Made by a program: the position numbers and the translations under genes. The notes below the pieces were generated by a model. It saw nothing but the letters and a program-made list of their open reading frames with translations, was not told the origin of the DNA and ran no database searches. From assembly GCA_030747035.1 (NCBI GenBank), contig JASLLM010000001.1, positions 1 to 61,732 on the forward strand: 61,732 nt of DNA, given 5' to 3'. This DNA is from Alphaproteobacteria bacterium. GTDB taxonomy: Bacteria; Pseudomonadota; Alphaproteobacteria; GCA-2731375. This document shows, in pieces, positions 43,845 through 55,735 of this stretch (within the stretch, counting starts at the first letter, position 1; each line of letters begins with the position of its first letter).

Positions 43845-44747
43845 TCAGGTGTCCTTCCCGGCTTTGTTTTTCTTGGCCGCGGCTTCCGGCGTCAGACGCA
43901 GGACTAGGCGATCGGGCAGGCGCAGATCTATGGCCGCGACATCGCGCTCGAATATCCTGTGCTCGGCCACCAGTTCAGCCAGCCGGTGCCAGGCGCTGAA
44001 GGGATCGTCTTCGGGAAGATGAACCTTGATGCCGTTTTTCAAGCGCACATCCCAGCGCCGCGCCCCGATCCGAACCGCCGCCTGGACCTGCGCGAACAGG
44101 GTCGGCTTGCGCGACAACATTTCGATCAGGGCCGCCGCCGCCAGGGGGGCATCCTTGCCCACGACCACCGGCAAATGGGCGAAACGGGCGAGATTTTTCC
44201 TGGTAATCACCTTACCGCCATGATCGATCAGGACATGGCGGCCCTTGTGCTGCCACAAGGCCAGGGCCTTGCGTTCGCTAATGCGCACCACGATCGTATC
44301 CGGCAGCCGGCGTTCGACGCGGGCCGTCTTCACCCAGCCCAGGTTCAACAGACGCTGACGCGCCTGATCCGGATCGAAAGCCAGGATCGACTGCCCGCTG
44401 CGCACCCCGACGGCCCGCAATACCTGCCCCTTGGAGGTTTCGCCCCGCCCGGTGACAAAAACATGCTGCACGGTCAGGCCGGCGCGGACAATCTGGCGTT
44501 CACTCCAGCGCATCAAATCCATGTAGGCCGCCGCGGCCAAGCCTTGCACGACGCCGCTTTGTTTAAGCTGCCAGGCACCGGCCACCAGACCCGTCAGGCC
44601 AACGGCGCTCAGTAAAAGCACCAGGCCCAGGCGCTTGCGCAGATACCAGTTCGGTGACCGTGCGCGTTTGGCGCGGCGGCGCTGCGGTGTCTTACCCTTG
44701 ACCGGATTGCCTTCGCTCCGGTTGAAAATATGCCTCAACGCGCGCAT
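43845..44747 (-). CDS. ftsQ: Cell division protein FtsQ
   Basis: Basic N-terminus, single TM helix, POTRA plus FtsQ-type domain. In dcw position, with a 13-nt overlap onto ddl. Confidence 0.88.
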   Translation of the reverse strand: MRALRHIFNRSEGNPVKGKTPQRRRAKRARSPNWYLRKRLGLVLLLSAVGLTGLVAGAWQLKQSGVVQGLAAAAYMDLMRWSERQIVRAGLTVQHVFVTGRGETSKGQVLRAVGVRSGQSILAFDPDQARQRLLNLGWVKTARVERRLPDTIVVRISERKALALWQHKGRHVLIDHGGKVITRKNLARFAHLPVVVGKDAPLAAAALIEMLSRKPTLFAQVQAAVRIGARRWDVRLKNGIKVHLPEDDPFSAWHRLAELVAEHRIFERDVAAIDLRLPDRLVLRLTPEAAAKKNKAGKDT

Positions 44748-45646
44748 CCGGCGTCCTCCACCATCCAGCGCACCAGGGCGGTAAAATCGACGTTCTGATA
44801 GGCGGCCAATTCCGGCACCAGGGAGGTCGGCGTCATGCCGGGCTGGGTATTGACCTCCAGCATGAAAAGCTTGCCCGGTTCGCCATCCGTATCGTCATAG
44901 CGGAAATCCGCCCGGCTGACGCCACGGCAGCCAAGCGCCTCATGCGCGCGCTCGGACATGTCCATGGCCTGGGCATAGACATCATCATGGATCGCCGCCG
45001 GGATGACGTGCCGCGAGCCGCCCTCCGCGTATTTGGCATCGTAGTCATAGAAGCCGTCATCGGTCAGGATCTCGGTCACGCCCAAAGCACGGCCGTCCAT
45101 CACCGCGACGGTCAGTTCCCGGCCAGGCACGTAGCGCTCCGCCAGAACGTCGTCGCCGAACTGCCAGTCAGCGCCTATCGGCGGATTATTGTCGCCAGCG
45201 CGCACGATGCGGACACCGAAAGTAGAGCCTTCGTTTGGCGGCTTCACCACATAGGGGCGATCCAGGGGATCCCTTTCATTCACCGCCGCGACCGTGGACA
45301 GGCAGCTTTCCGCGCATGGGATGCCATGGGCACGGAAAACTTCCAGGGATGCCGGCTTGTACATGGCCACGGCGGAGGCGCGAACGCCGGAATGGGTATA
45401 GGGCAGCTCCATCAATTCCAGCAGACCCTGGACGCAACCATCCTCGCCCCAGCGCCCGTGCAAGGCGTTGAACACCACATCGGGCTTGATCTCTACCAAG
45501 CGGCTGGCCAGATCAGCGCCGACGTCTATTTCGGTGACCTGATAGCCGTCCGCGCGCAAGGCTTTGGCGCAGGCCTTGCCGGAGGTCAGGGAAACCGGGC
45601 GCTCGGCGGAGCGTCCCCCCATCAATACCGCGACGTGGCTGCTCAT
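44735..45646 (-). CDS. ddl: D-alanine-D-alanine ligase
   Basis: [15 protein letters not shown]-type N-terminus and ATP-grasp motifs ([10 protein letters not shown]). ATGA overlap with murB. Confidence 0.95.
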   Translation of the reverse strand: MSSHVAVLMGGRSAERPVSLTSGKACAKALRADGYQVTEIDVGADLASRLVEIKPDVVFNALHGRWGEDGCVQGLLELMELPYTHSGVRASAVAMYKPASLEVFRAHGIPCAESCLSTVAAVNERDPLDRPYVVKPPNEGSTFGVRIVRAGDNNPPIGADWQFGDDVLAERYVPGRELTVAVMDGRALGVTEILTDDGFYDYDAKYAEGGSRHVIPAAIHDDVYAQAMDMSERAHEALGCRGVSRADFRYDDTDGEPGKLFMLEVNTQPGMTPTSLVPELAAYQNVDFTALVRWMVEDAGCAR

Positions 45647-46641
45647 GAAGCTTCCTCCGCCAGGACCAGTTCAGGGGTATTCTCAGGGTCGAATTCACCG
45701 ACGCGGCGGATCTCCCATTGCAGCATGACGCCACTGTCCGCATGCACCCGGCGGCGGACTTCCTCGCCCAGCGCCTCCAGATCGGCGGCGGTCGCTTCGC
45801 CGGTGTTGATCAGGAAATTGCAGTGCAACTCGGACACCATGGCGCCGCCGCGCACCAGGCCGCGGCAGCCGGCCCGGTCGATCAGTTCCCACGCCCTGAG
45901 ATCACCGAGGTCATTGGGACCACCGTTCGCATCGCCGCCGTCAGGGTTCTTGAAGGTGCTGCCGCCGGTCCGGGTATTCACCGGTTGAGTGTCCTTGCGG
46001 GCCTGGCGGACCTCCTGCATGCGGGCGCTGATCTCTTCCGGATCGCCCGCTTCGCCACGGAACCGCGCGGCGGTGAAAATCCAGTCGTCGGGCGCGCCGC
46101 AGTGGCGATAGCTCATGTCCAACTCATCCGGCCCGGCCCGGTGAACGGTGCCATCGCCATCGACCGCCTCGGCCCACTCCAGAACATCCCGGAAAGCGCT
46201 GCCGTAGGCACCGGCGTTCATCCGCAAACCGCCCCCGACCGTGCCTGGAATACCGCGCATGAATTCAAAACCAACCAGCCCGGCATCGCGGCAGATCCTG
46301 GCCAGATTAACGTCCAGGACACCGGCGCCGGCGGTGACCGCTCCGCCCTCGACCTCGATCTCGTTAAAGGCGCCATCAAGGCGAATAACGACGCCGCGCA
46401 CGCCGCCATCACGGATCAGCAGGTTGGAGCCAAGGCCCAGCACGGTGCGGGGAATGTCGCGGGGGCATTTGGCCAGAAATGCCGCCAAATCCAGGGCATC
46501 CGCCGGCCGGAACAGAACATCGGCCGGTCCGCCCACCCGGAACCAACTGCTGCCCGAAAGATCCACGTTCTCGATATAGCGGCCGCGTACCGCCGGCAGG
46601 CGCGACAGAAAGGTGTCCGTATGCGGCTGGGTGATCATCAT
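45643..46641 (-). CDS. murB: UDP-N-acetylenolpyruvoylglucosamine reductase
   Basis: FAD-binding FRVGGPAD...LG.GSNLL and C-terminal AGGSTFKNP. In dcw position. Confidence 0.94.
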   Translation of the reverse strand: MMITQPHTDTFLSRLPAVRGRYIENVDLSGSSWFRVGGPADVLFRPADALDLAAFLAKCPRDIPRTVLGLGSNLLIRDGGVRGVVIRLDGAFNEIEVEGGAVTAGAGVLDVNLARICRDAGLVGFEFMRGIPGTVGGGLRMNAGAYGSAFRDVLEWAEAVDGDGTVHRAGPDELDMSYRHCGAPDDWIFTAARFRGEAGDPEEISARMQEVRQARKDTQPVNTRTGGSTFKNPDGGDANGGPNDLGDLRAWELIDRAGCRGLVRGGAMVSELHCNFLINTGEATAADLEALGEEVRRRVHADSGVMLQWEIRRVGEFDPENTPELVLAEEAS

Positions 46642-48053
46642 GCCGCACCCGCCATCGCGGTCAACTGCTCCGGCAAAGCATTGGCCCAGCCGCTGATGGT
46701 ACCGGCGCCAAGACAGACCACCATGTCGCCTGATGCCGCCTCCGCCGCGATGATTGCCGCTAGATCCTCCGGCACTTCCAAGGGCAGTACCCGGCGGTGG
46801 CCCCGCGCCGTCAGACCCAGGATCAGGGCATCGCGGTCGATGCCCTCAATGGGCTCTTCGCCGGCGGCATGTACATGGGCCACGACGACCACGTCGGCGT
46901 CGTTGAAGCAAGTGCAGAAATCCTCGAACAAATCACGCAGCCGGGTGAAGCGATGGGGCTGCACAACGGCAATGATGCGGCCCTGGCAGGCGGCCCGGGC
47001 TGCCCGCAGAACGGCCGAGATTTCTACTGGATGATGGCCATAATCATCGATAATCGTAACGCCGGCCACCTCGCCCGTTTTCGTGAAACGCCGCTTGACG
47101 CCGGCGAAGCCCGCCAGGGCGGACAACAGGGCATCGTCGGCGATCTTCATCTCCAGGCCAACAGCAATCGCGGCCAGGGCGTTCAGCACATTGTGCTCCC
47201 CATGCATGGGCAGATGAAATCCCCGCACCAACCGGGTCTCGCCGGAGGCCCGATCCGTAAGTTCGACATCGAAATGCATGCCCGTGGACGAGGCTTTCAG
47301 ATCCACTGCGCGCACCGCCGCCTGGGGGCTAAAGCCATAAGTCAAAATGCGCCGGTCCGATATGCGGCCGATCAAGGCCTGAACTTCCGTATGATCCAGA
47401 CACATCACCGCGAAGCCATAGAAGGGCAGATTTTCGATGAAGCTTTGGAAGGCCACGCGCTCGGTCTCGAAATCGCCGTAAAAATCGAGATGCTCCGGGT
47501 CCATGTTGGTGACCACGGCAATGGTCGCCGGCAGTTTGGTGAAGCTGCCGTCGCTTTCATCCGCTTCGACCACCATCCACTCGCCGGCGCCCAGACGGGC
47601 ATTGGTGCCATAGGCATTGATGATGCCGCCGTTGATCACTGTCGGGTCATAGTCGGCCTGGTCCAGGATGGCGGCGACCATGGATGTGGTTGTCGTTTTG
47701 CCATGGGTGCCACCGACGGCGATGGCCCATTTCAGGCGCATCAACTCGGCCAGCATTTCGGCCCGGCGCACCACGGGGATCATCGCCTCCCGCGCCGCCA
47801 CGACTTCCGGATTGTCCGGCTGCACGGCGGAAGAAATCACCACCACGCGGGCCTCGCCCAGATTGTCCGCCGCATGGCCGATCATGGCCTCGATGCCCAA
47901 CTGGCGCAGGCGCAGCACATTGGCGCCCTCAGCCTGGTCGCTGCCCTGCACCCGATAGCCCAGGTTATGCATGACCTCGGCAATGCCGCTCATGCCGATG
48001 CCGCCGATGCCGACGAAGTGGATAACGCCGATGTCCAATGGCAGTGCCCTCAT
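46638..48053 (-). CDS. murC: UDP-N-acetylmuramate-L-alanine ligase
   Basis: [15 protein letters not shown] and the Mur ligase P-loop [15 protein letters not shown] overlaps on both sides. Confidence 0.96.
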   Translation of the reverse strand: MRALPLDIGVIHFVGIGGIGMSGIAEVMHNLGYRVQGSDQAEGANVLRLRQLGIEAMIGHAADNLGEARVVVISSAVQPDNPEVVAAREAMIPVVRRAEMLAELMRLKWAIAVGGTHGKTTTTSMVAAILDQADYDPTVINGGIINAYGTNARLGAGEWMVVEADESDGSFTKLPATIAVVTNMDPEHLDFYGDFETERVAFQSFIENLPFYGFAVMCLDHTEVQALIGRISDRRILTYGFSPQAAVRAVDLKASSTGMHFDVELTDRASGETRLVRGFHLPMHGEHNVLNALAAIAVGLEMKIADDALLSALAGFAGVKRRFTKTGEVAGVTIIDDYGHHPVEISAVLRAARAACQGRIIAVVQPHRFTRLRDLFEDFCTCFNDADVVVVAHVHAAGEEPIEGIDRDALILGLTARGHRRVLPLEVPEDLAAIIAAEAASGDMVVCLGAGTISGWANALPEQLTAMAGAA

Positions 48054-49177
48054 GCCGCGGCCCTCCCACCCAGTTCACCGCCGGACAATGCCAATACAAG
48101 CTCGGCCAATTGCGCGGCGGCGTTCGGCTGGGCCCGGCGGCGCGCGGCCTTGGCCGCATCACTTAGCAACTCGGGCTCCGTCATCAGCTTCGCCAAATGC
48201 TCCGACAGAATGGACACGCCCAGATCGGCCTCGGGCAGCACCCAGGCGCCGCCGACGGAACTCAAGATTTCCGCATTGCGGGTCTGATGATCGTCCGTGG
48301 CGTGCGCGTAGGGCACCAGCACGCTGGGCCGGCCCAGCATCGCCAGTTCGCTGACCGTGCCGGCGCCGCTGCGCGCGATCACCAGATGCGCCGCCGCCAG
48401 CCGGGTGGGCAGGTCGGTAAAGAATTCCGCCGTCTCCGCCTTGATGCCGGCCTCGCCATAGCTTTGCCGCACCGCATCCAAATCTTCCGGCCGGCATTGC
48501 TGTACGACCGACAGACGCCGCCGCAGATCCGGCGCCAGGGCGACCAGGGCCTGGGGGATCACCTCGCTGAAGCGGCGCGCGCCCTGGCTGCCGCCAAAAA
48601 TCAGCAACTCGAACGGTCCGTTTCCTTCCGCCGCCACATAGGGCTGCTCGGCCAAGGCCGATATGGCGTCACGCACCGGATTGCCGGTCACCAGCTGCGG
48701 CTGTTCCGGCATCTTGGGCAGGGCCTTGGTAACGGGAAACGAGGTCGCGATGGCATCGACGCGCCGGGCCAGCAGACGATTGACCCGGCCCAAAACCGCG
48801 TTCTGCTCGTGGATGGCGCGGGGCACCGATAAAGTGATCGCCGCCAGCATGGTGGGCAGGGATGGATAGCCGCCGAAGCCAACCACCGCCGCCGGTTCCA
48901 CCTGGCGGATCAGCCGCCGAGCCTGCAGGGTGCCAAGGGCGATTTCGGCCATGGCCATTAACTTGCCCAACAGGCCGCGTCCCGATGGCGTGCCGGAGGT
49001 GACATGATGAATGGCCTGTCCGGGAAACCGGTTCGAGAAATCGTCGCCCCGCCTGTCGGTGACGATATCCACCGACCGGCCGCGCCGATCCAGCTCTGCC
49101 GCCAGGGCCTGGGCCGGAAAAACATGACCGCCGGTGCCGCCCGCCGCCAGCATGATGCTGCCCGTGTTCAAGCTCAT
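48050..49177 (-). CDS. murG: Undecaprenyldiphospho-muramoylpentapeptide beta-N-acetylglucosaminyltransferase
   Basis: [13 protein letters not shown]-terminal motif. GT28 layout. Confidence 0.95.
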   Translation of the reverse strand: MSLNTGSIMLAAGGTGGHVFPAQALAAELDRRGRSVDIVTDRRGDDFSNRFPGQAIHHVTSGTPSGRGLLGKLMAMAEIALGTLQARRLIRQVEPAAVVGFGGYPSLPTMLAAITLSVPRAIHEQNAVLGRVNRLLARRVDAIATSFPVTKALPKMPEQPQLVTGNPVRDAISALAEQPYVAAEGNGPFELLIFGGSQGARRFSEVIPQALVALAPDLRRRLSVVQQCRPEDLDAVRQSYGEAGIKAETAEFFTDLPTRLAAAHLVIARSGAGTVSELAMLGRPSVLVPYAHATDDHQTRNAEILSSVGGAWVLPEADLGVSILSEHLAKLMTEPELLSDAAKAARRRAQPNAAAQLAELVLALSGGELGGRAAA

Positions 49178-50298
49178 GGCAGCCCCCCAAGATTGGGTCG
49201 GCGCCGGGTCAGGGCCAGCACCATGCCCATGGCCAGGGCCAGGGCGAGCAGGGACGATCCGCCATAGGAGATGAATGGCAGGGTCATGCCCTTGGTCGGC
49301 AACAGGTTCAGGTTCACACCGATGTTGATCACCGCCTGCAGGCCGAACTGGGTCAGCAGGCCGGCGGCGGCCAGCAGGACAAACAGATCATCCTCGCGCA
49401 ACAGCCGGGCAAACCCGCGCAGGGTGATGAAGCCGAACAGGGCGACGATGATCAGGCAGGCAATCAGGCCGAATTCCTCACCCGCAACGGAGAAGATAAA
49501 ATCCGTATGGGCGTCGGGCAGCACCCGTTTGACCATGCCTTCGCCAGGGCCCCGACCCAGCAAACCGCCCTGGCCGAACGCGTCCATGGCCCGGTCGATC
49601 TGATATGAATCGCCGCTGGCCGGATCCAGGAAGCGGTCGATGCGGCTGGCCACATGGGGGATCGTGGCATAGGCCACGACGGCGCCGGCCAGGCCCAGCA
49701 GCCCCAGCAAGCCGACCCAAAGCAGGGACAGCCCGGCAATAAAGCACTGACCGAACCAAACAACGGAGACCACCGCCGTCATGCCGAAGTCGGGCTGCAG
49801 GATCAGCATCCAGACAACCAGGGCGAACAGGGCGCAGCATATCAATCCGCCCGGCACGCCTTCACGGCGGCGCTGTTCCGCCAGCATCCAGGCGGCAACC
49901 ACGGCAAAGCAGGGCTTGACGAATTCAGAGGGCTGAATGGACAAGCCGGCGAATTGCAGCCAACGGGTCGCGCCCTTGATTTCCGGGCCTAGAAACAGTG
50001 TCAAGGCAACCAGCAGCAGGCTAACGGCGAAGCCGACAACGGAGATGCGGCGCACCCCCCGGGGACTCATCAACGAGACCAGGAACATCATGGCCACCGC
50101 CAGGGGCAGGAACAATGCCTGGCGCAGAACAAAATGCTGGCCATGCAGTTGCAGGCGCTCCGCCACGGCCGGGCTGGCAGCCAGGGTTAGCAGGGTGCCG
50201 ATGGCGATCAACAGCGCCACTGCCAGCAGGGTCCAGCGGTCAACCGTCCACCACCAGCGGCCAACGATCGAAGTATCGGTGCGCGCGAAGGAGATCAT
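49174..50298 (-). CDS. ftsW: Peptidoglycan glycosyltransferase FtsW (SEDS family)
   Basis: Polytopic SEDS protein (PDAHTDFIF, TKGMTLPFISYGGSS) in the dcw position between murD and murG. Confidence 0.94.
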   Translation of the reverse strand: MISFARTDTSIVGRWWWTVDRWTLLAVALLIAIGTLLTLAASPAVAERLQLHGQHFVLRQALFLPLAVAMMFLVSLMSPRGVRRISVVGFAVSLLLVALTLFLGPEIKGATRWLQFAGLSIQPSEFVKPCFAVVAAWMLAEQRRREGVPGGLICCALFALVVWMLILQPDFGMTAVVSVVWFGQCFIAGLSLLWVGLLGLLGLAGAVVAYATIPHVASRIDRFLDPASGDSYQIDRAMDAFGQGGLLGRGPGEGMVKRVLPDAHTDFIFSVAGEEFGLIACLIIVALFGFITLRGFARLLREDDLFVLLAAAGLLTQFGLQAVINIGVNLNLLPTKGMTLPFISYGGSSLLALALAMGMVLALTRRRPNLGGLP

Positions 50299-51710
50299 CC
50301 CGCCCCTCCCGCCGCGCGGCGGCGATAGTGGCCATCGCCGTTGCCGCCGTTGCCGGCGACGTCTTGGGCCAGAACCCGAAACAGATCGCCGCGGACTTCG
50401 AAGCTGGGGAATTGATCGAAGCTGGCGCAGGCCGGCGACAGCAATATGACGCCGCCGCCCGCCGCCAGGGCACAGCCATGGGCCGCGCGGACGGCCGTTG
50501 CCAGATCACCCGATGTTTCGTGATCCAGGTCCGCACCCAGACGCTGGGCGAATGCGTCGGCAGCCTCGCCGATCAGAAACGCCTTGGCGATCCTGGAATA
50601 AAATGGCGCCAGGGCGTCGATGCCGCCCTGCTTCGCGATACCACCGGCAATCCAATAAATATTGTCATAGGCGGCCAGGGCATGGGCGGCGGCTTCCGCG
50701 TTGGTCGCCTTGCTGTCGTTGACGAACAGGATGTCGCCCTGGCGCGCCACCACTTCCATGCGATGAGGCAGACCGGGGTAGCTGCGCAAGCCGGGAATGA
50801 TCTGGTCCGCGGCAAGGCCCAACGCCTCGGCCATGGCAAAGGCCACGGCAGCGTTCTGCCAGTTATGAGCACCGCGCAGGGTTTCGATACCGTTCAGATC
50901 GGCAACAGGCTCGCTCCCGCCGGCCCGATACAGCCAGCCGGCTTTGACGAACAAACCGTCCTGCAATTGGCGCCCGACGGAGATTTCCACCACCTTGCGC
51001 CCCGCCGCCCGCATGTCGCGGCAGATCCGGGCCGACCATTCGTCGTCGCTGCCCAACACCAGAGTGGCTTCGGCCCCAGCCATCTCCAGCAATCGGCACT
51101 TGGCCGTGATATAGCCGTCCATGCCGCCATGGCGGTCCAGATGGTCGGGACTGATGTTTAGCAGAGCCGCCACTTGGGGACGCAGCCCCGAAGTCAGATC
51201 GATCTGATACGAGGACAGTTCCAGGACATAGGCGCCCGCCGCATCAAGAAGGTCGAAATCCAGAACCGGGCGGCCCAGATTGGCGCCGGCCTCCACCAAT
51301 CGGCCCGCCGTGGATAGAATATGTTCCAGTAACGAGGTCGTGGTCGATTTGCCATTGGTACCGGTTATTGCCGCCACCGCGGCTTCCGGGCGGGTACGGG
51401 CGAACAACTCCACATCGCCCAAAATTTCAGCGCCGAGGCGCTCCGCCAGGCCAACCACCATGTGCGGCTTGGGATGGGTCAAGGGTATGCCGGGACTGAG
51501 CACCAGTGCCGCTATCCCTTGCCAGGCCTCGTCTGACGGCGCCGCCGCCACGGCACCGAGCGCGACCGCATCCCTGCGCCGGTTCGGGTCATCGTCCCAA
51601 ACCAGAACCCGCGCGCCGCCGGCGATCAGGGACCGGGCCGCGGACAGACCGGTCCGGCCCAGGCCATACACGGCCACGGTTTTATCCTGATATGTCTGAA
51701 TGGCGATCAT
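50295..51710 (-). CDS. murD: UDP-N-acetylmuramoylalanine-D-glutamate ligase
   Basis: N-terminal Rossmann motif VYGLGRTG and P-loop TGTNGKSTTTS. Confidence 0.95.
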   Translation of the reverse strand: MIAIQTYQDKTVAVYGLGRTGLSAARSLIAGGARVLVWDDDPNRRRDAVALGAVAAAPSDEAWQGIAALVLSPGIPLTHPKPHMVVGLAERLGAEILGDVELFARTRPEAAVAAITGTNGKSTTTSLLEHILSTAGRLVEAGANLGRPVLDFDLLDAAGAYVLELSSYQIDLTSGLRPQVAALLNISPDHLDRHGGMDGYITAKCRLLEMAGAEATLVLGSDDEWSARICRDMRAAGRKVVEISVGRQLQDGLFVKAGWLYRAGGSEPVADLNGIETLRGAHNWQNAAVAFAMAEALGLAADQIIPGLRSYPGLPHRMEVVARQGDILFVNDSKATNAEAAAHALAAYDNIYWIAGGIAKQGGIDALAPFYSRIAKAFLIGEAADAFAQRLGADLDHETSGDLATAVRAAHGCALAAGGGVILLSPACASFDQFPSFEVRGDLFRVLAQDVAGNGGNGDGHYRRRAAGGAG

Positions 51711-51713
51711 GGC

Positions 51714-52802
51714 TTAGCGCAGCTTCAAGGTGGCCAGGCCGATCAGGGCCAGGATGACGGCAATGATCCAGAATCGGATCACGATTGTTGGTTCGGCCCA
51801 GCCCTTCTGCTCGTAGTGATGATGCAGCGGCGCCATGCTGAAGACCCTGCGGCCGGTCATCTTGAAGGATGCCACCTGCACAATGACCGAAACCGTCTCC
51901 AGCACGAACAGGCCGCCGATAATGGCCAGGACGAATTCATGTTTGGTTACCACTGCCACGGCGCCCAGGCCGCCGCCCAGGGACAGGCTGCCCGTATCGC
52001 CCATGAAAACCATGGCCGGCGGCGCGTTGAACCACAAGAAACCCAAGCCCGCGCCGACCAGGGCGCCGCAATAGACCGCCAGTTCACCGGCGCCCGGCAC
52101 CGTGTGCAGTTGCAGATAGGTACCGAAGACTACGTTACCCGTCAGATAGGCGATCAGGGCGAAGGCCGAGGCCGCGATGATCAACGGTCCGATCGCCAGT
52201 CCGTCCAGTCCGTCGGTCAGATTGACGGCATTCGAGGAACCCACCATGACCACCGCCCCGAAGGGTATGAAGAACAGGCCCAGATCGAACAGCAGGTCCT
52301 TCACGAACGGCACGGCCAGATGAGTAGACAGGGCGACGGGCTGAAACGACATGATCCAGATGGCGGCGAGGACCGCGACCGCCAATTCCATCACCAGCTT
52401 CAGTTTGCCCGGCAAGCCGCGGACATTGGCCTGAGTAACCTTTAGATAGTCATCGGCGAACCCGATCAAGCCAAAGCCGGCGGTAACCAACAACACCGCC
52501 CAGACAAAGCGGTTGGATAGATCAGCCCACAACAAGGTGGATACCGACAGCGCCAGCAGGATCAGAAAGCCGCCCATGGTCGGCGTGCCCTGCTTGGCCA
52601 CGATATGCCTTTCCGGCCCATCATCGCGGATCGGCTGGCCCTGTCCCTGTTTGCTGCGCAGCCAGCGGATCAGCGGCGGACCGAGGATGAAGCTGATGAT
52701 CAAGGCGGTCATCACCGCCGCCCCGGTGCGAAAGGTCAAATAGCGGAAAAGATTGAAAATGCGGAAATCTTCAGCCAGGGGATAGAGCAGATTAAAAAGC
52801 AT
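51714..52802 (-). CDS. mraY: Phospho-N-acetylmuramoyl-pentapeptide-transferase
   Basis: 10-TM protein with [22 protein letters not shown] and PLHHH motifs. Confidence 0.96.
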   Translation of the reverse strand: MLFNLLYPLAEDFRIFNLFRYLTFRTGAAVMTALIISFILGPPLIRWLRSKQGQGQPIRDDGPERHIVAKQGTPTMGGFLILLALSVSTLLWADLSNRFVWAVLLVTAGFGLIGFADDYLKVTQANVRGLPGKLKLVMELAVAVLAAIWIMSFQPVALSTHLAVPFVKDLLFDLGLFFIPFGAVVMVGSSNAVNLTDGLDGLAIGPLIIAASAFALIAYLTGNVVFGTYLQLHTVPGAGELAVYCGALVGAGLGFLWFNAPPAMVFMGDTGSLSLGGGLGAVAVVTKHEFVLAIIGGLFVLETVSVIVQVASFKMTGRRVFSMAPLHHHYEQKGWAEPTIVIRFWIIAVILALIGLATLKLR

Positions 52803-52811
52803 ATCCGTCCC

Positions 52812-54245
52812 CTAACCGCTGATTGCCGTGGAGCCATTGCCGATGGCTTCGCCCAGGTCCCGCAGGGCCTGTACGATCGGCGCCATGTTCTGGCCCAGGG
52901 AACCCTTGACCAATACGGTATCGCCGGGCCGGATGGCGCCCATGACCTTGGCCAGAAGATCTGCCGATTCCGCTTCGTGGGCGCCGTGCATATGGCTGGG
53001 TAGGGCATCGAACAGATGCGCCATGTGCGGCCCGCATGCGAAAACCTGATCGACGCCCGCCGCGACCAGATCCGGAGCCAGGGCGGCATGCAATTCGGGT
53101 GCCGTGCCGCCAAGTTCTAGCATGTCGCCCAAGACGGCAATGCGCCGTCCCATGGCCTCGGCCTCGACCACACCCAAGGTCTCGATCGCGGCAGTCATGG
53201 CCACGGGGGAAGCGTTATAGCTTTCATCGATGATCAACAAGCTGCCGTCGCCGAAGCCGACCCGGTGGCGTTCACCCCGGCCCTTTGGCGCGGCAACATC
53301 GGCCATGGCCAGGGCCGCCAGACCCAGATCGGCGCCCAGGGCCCGCACGGCGGCCAGAACAGCCAGGCTGTTGATGGCCCAATGGCGGCCCGGCGCGCCC
53401 ACCTTGTAGGTTACGGCCTGTCCGTCAATGTCGGCGGAAATGCAATTACAGGTGGGATGCTGGGCCAGGCCGATCAGGCGCGCCTGGGCATCTTCGTGGG
53501 CGCCAAATGAAATGATCCGGCCCACGCCCGCCGCCACTGCGGCCCGGGAAAGGTAATCGAAATGGGCGTTGTCCCGGTTCAGGATCGCCACGCCGTCAGG
53601 CTCCAATCCGGTGAAGATCTCCGCCTTGGCATCGGCGATCTGGCTCAGCGAAGAGAAGAACTCCAGATGCACCGGCTCCACGTTGGTGATGATCGCCACA
53701 TGGGGACGGACCAGGCGGCTCAATGGTGCGATCTCGCCGGCGTGGTTCATGCCCAATTCGAAAACGCCATGGGCGCTGTGCCCGGGCATCCGCGCCAGGC
53801 TTAAGGGCGCGCCCCAGTGATTGTTTAAATTGCCTTGGGAGGCATGGGTCGCGGCACCACGGGCCAGCGCCTGATACAGCGCCTCCTTGGTTCCGGTTTT
53901 TCCCACACTGCCCGTTACGGCCACAATTCGTGCCGAGCCGCGGGCCCGCGCGGCGTGGCCCAGGGCTTCCAGGCCGGCCAGCGTATCGGCGACCCGCAAC
54001 AGGGGCGCATCCGGCGCCAACCCGTCGACGGAACGGCTGACCATGGCGGCGACGGCGCCACGGGCCAGGGCATCGGCGACAAAACCATGACCATCGAAAT
54101 TCGGGCCCTCGATCGCCACGAACAGATCGCCGGGATGTACGGTGCGGCTATCGATCGAGACGCCGCTGGCCTGCCAATCGCTATTGCATTGGCCCTTCGT
54201 CGCGGCGGCGGCCTCGGCGGCCCGCCATAGGACGGCGGCGGTCAT
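52812..54245 (-). CDS. murF: UDP-N-acetylmuramoyl-tripeptide-D-alanyl-D-alanine ligase
   Basis: P-loop TGSVGKTGTKE and Mur ligase middle and C-terminal domains. ATGA overlap with murE. Confidence 0.94.
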   Translation of the reverse strand: MTAAVLWRAAEAAAATKGQCNSDWQASGVSIDSRTVHPGDLFVAIEGPNFDGHGFVADALARGAVAAMVSRSVDGLAPDAPLLRVADTLAGLEALGHAARARGSARIVAVTGSVGKTGTKEALYQALARGAATHASQGNLNNHWGAPLSLARMPGHSAHGVFELGMNHAGEIAPLSRLVRPHVAIITNVEPVHLEFFSSLSQIADAKAEIFTGLEPDGVAILNRDNAHFDYLSRAAVAAGVGRIISFGAHEDAQARLIGLAQHPTCNCISADIDGQAVTYKVGAPGRHWAINSLAVLAAVRALGADLGLAALAMADVAAPKGRGERHRVGFGDGSLLIIDESYNASPVAMTAAIETLGVVEAEAMGRRIAVLGDMLELGGTAPELHAALAPDLVAAGVDQVFACGPHMAHLFDALPSHMHGAHEAESADLLAKVMGAIRPGDTVLVKGSLGQNMAPIVQALRDLGEAIGNGSTAISG

Positions 54246-55735
54246 GGACTTTCCCCCGCCAGAACCCGCGCCGCCACATCCCGGTCATCGAAAGGATGGG
54301 TTACGCCGGCAACGGTCTGTCCCGTCTCGTGCCCCTTGCCGGCGATCAGCAGGACATCGTCGGGGCCCAACCAGCCGATCGCCGTGGCAATGGCCCTTCC
54401 GCGATCGCCGATTTCCACGCCGCCGGGGCAATCCGCCATGATTTCAGCCCGGATCGCGGCGGGATCCTCGCTGCGCGGATTGTCATCGGTGACCACCACC
54501 CTGTCGGCCAGTTCAGCGGCGATACGGCCCATTATGGGGCGCTTGCCCCTGTCCCTGTCACCGCCGCAGCCGAAAACCACGAACAATTGCCCCTTGGCAT
54601 GGGGCCGCAGGGCCAGAATGGCGGCGCGCAAAGCTTCCGGCTTATGGGCGTAGTCAACGAAAACACCGCCCTGCCCGGCGGCGGCGGCAATCGCCTCCAA
54701 CCGCCCCGGCACGCCGGTCAACTGCCCGGCGGCGGTCAACACGGCATCTGGATCGCCGCCACCGCCAATCGCAAGCGCGATGGCGCAAAGAACATTTTCC
54801 GCCTGGAAGGCGCCGATCAATGGCAGATCCAGATCGGCCCGCCGGCTCATGGCAGCGATTGTCAGGCGTTGGCCATGGGCCGTAATTTCGCGCTTCAGCA
54901 GGGCAATATCGCCGCCGGTGCCAAATGTCAGGATCCCATGCCCGCATTCTTGGCAGGCCGTGCGCAACCGCTCGGTCAGATCCGATGCGGCGGGCAAAAC
55001 CGCCGTGCCGCCAGGCGCCATGACAACTTCGAACAGGCGCAGCTTGGCACGCAGGTAATCTTCCTCGTCCGCGTGATAGTCAAGGTGATCCCGCGAAAGA
55101 TTGGTGAACGCAGCCGCCGTCACCTGCACCCAGTCCAGACGCCGCTGTTCCAGCCCGTGGCTGGATGCTTCCAGGGCCAAGTGATCCACGCCCGCTCCCG
55201 CCAAGTCCCGCAAGGCTTCATGCAGGATGACCGGATCCGGTGTCGTATGGGCCAGATTGCGCCGCAAGGGCGCGGAAATTATTCCCAATGTCCCCAGGCT
55301 GGCGCCGTTTCGCCCCATGGCGGCCCAGATTTGCCGCACGAAATCAGCTACCGAGCTTTTGCCGGAGGTGCCGGTCACCGCCACGATGGTATCGGGCTGG
55401 GTCGCAAAGAAGCGCGCCGCCAGTTGCGAAAGGCGGCGGCGCGGTTCTTCGTCCTCGATGATCGGCAGATCAGCGTCCGTGTCGATGGCGGCAGCCAGGC
55501 CGGGCGGCCCCAACAAGGCAGTGGCACCACGGCGGATCGCCTCAGGTACGTAGTCGGCACCGTCAACGGTGCTGTCGGCGGTACTGCTGGGCAGGGCGGC
55601 AAACAGATAACCGGGGCCGACCAGACGGCTATCCGCCGTCAGCCCAAGAATCTCCCTATCCGCCACTTGGCTCACGTTGTTCCCCATCAGCTCAGTTAAC
55701 CGCAATGTTCCGGCCCCGATTGCCCGTCCGGCCAT
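54242..55735 (-). CDS. murE: UDP-N-acetylmuramoyl-L-alanyl-D-glutamate-2,6-diaminopimelate ligase
   Basis: P-loop TGTSGKSS and the meso-DAP-specific DNPR motif (TDDNPRSEDP). The start is uncertain: the longest ORF to 55735 overlaps ftsI by 44 nt, and an alternative ATG lies at 55687. Confidence 0.93.
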   Translation of the reverse strand: MAGRAIGAGTLRLTELMGNNVSQVADREILGLTADSRLVGPGYLFAALPSSTADSTVDGADYVPEAIRRGATALLGPPGLAAAIDTDADLPIIEDEEPRRRLSQLAARFFATQPDTIVAVTGTSGKSSVADFVRQIWAAMGRNGASLGTLGIISAPLRRNLAHTTPDPVILHEALRDLAGAGVDHLALEASSHGLEQRRLDWVQVTAAAFTNLSRDHLDYHADEEDYLRAKLRLFEVVMAPGGTAVLPAASDLTERLRTACQECGHGILTFGTGGDIALLKREITAHGQRLTIAAMSRRADLDLPLIGAFQAENVLCAIALAIGGGGDPDAVLTAAGQLTGVPGRLEAIAAAAGQGGVFVDYAHKPEALRAAILALRPHAKGQLFVVFGCGGDRDRGKRPIMGRIAAELADRVVVTDDNPRSEDPAAIRAEIMADCPGGVEIGDRGRAIATAIGWLGPDDVLLIAGKGHETGQTVAGVTHPFDDRDVAARVLAGESP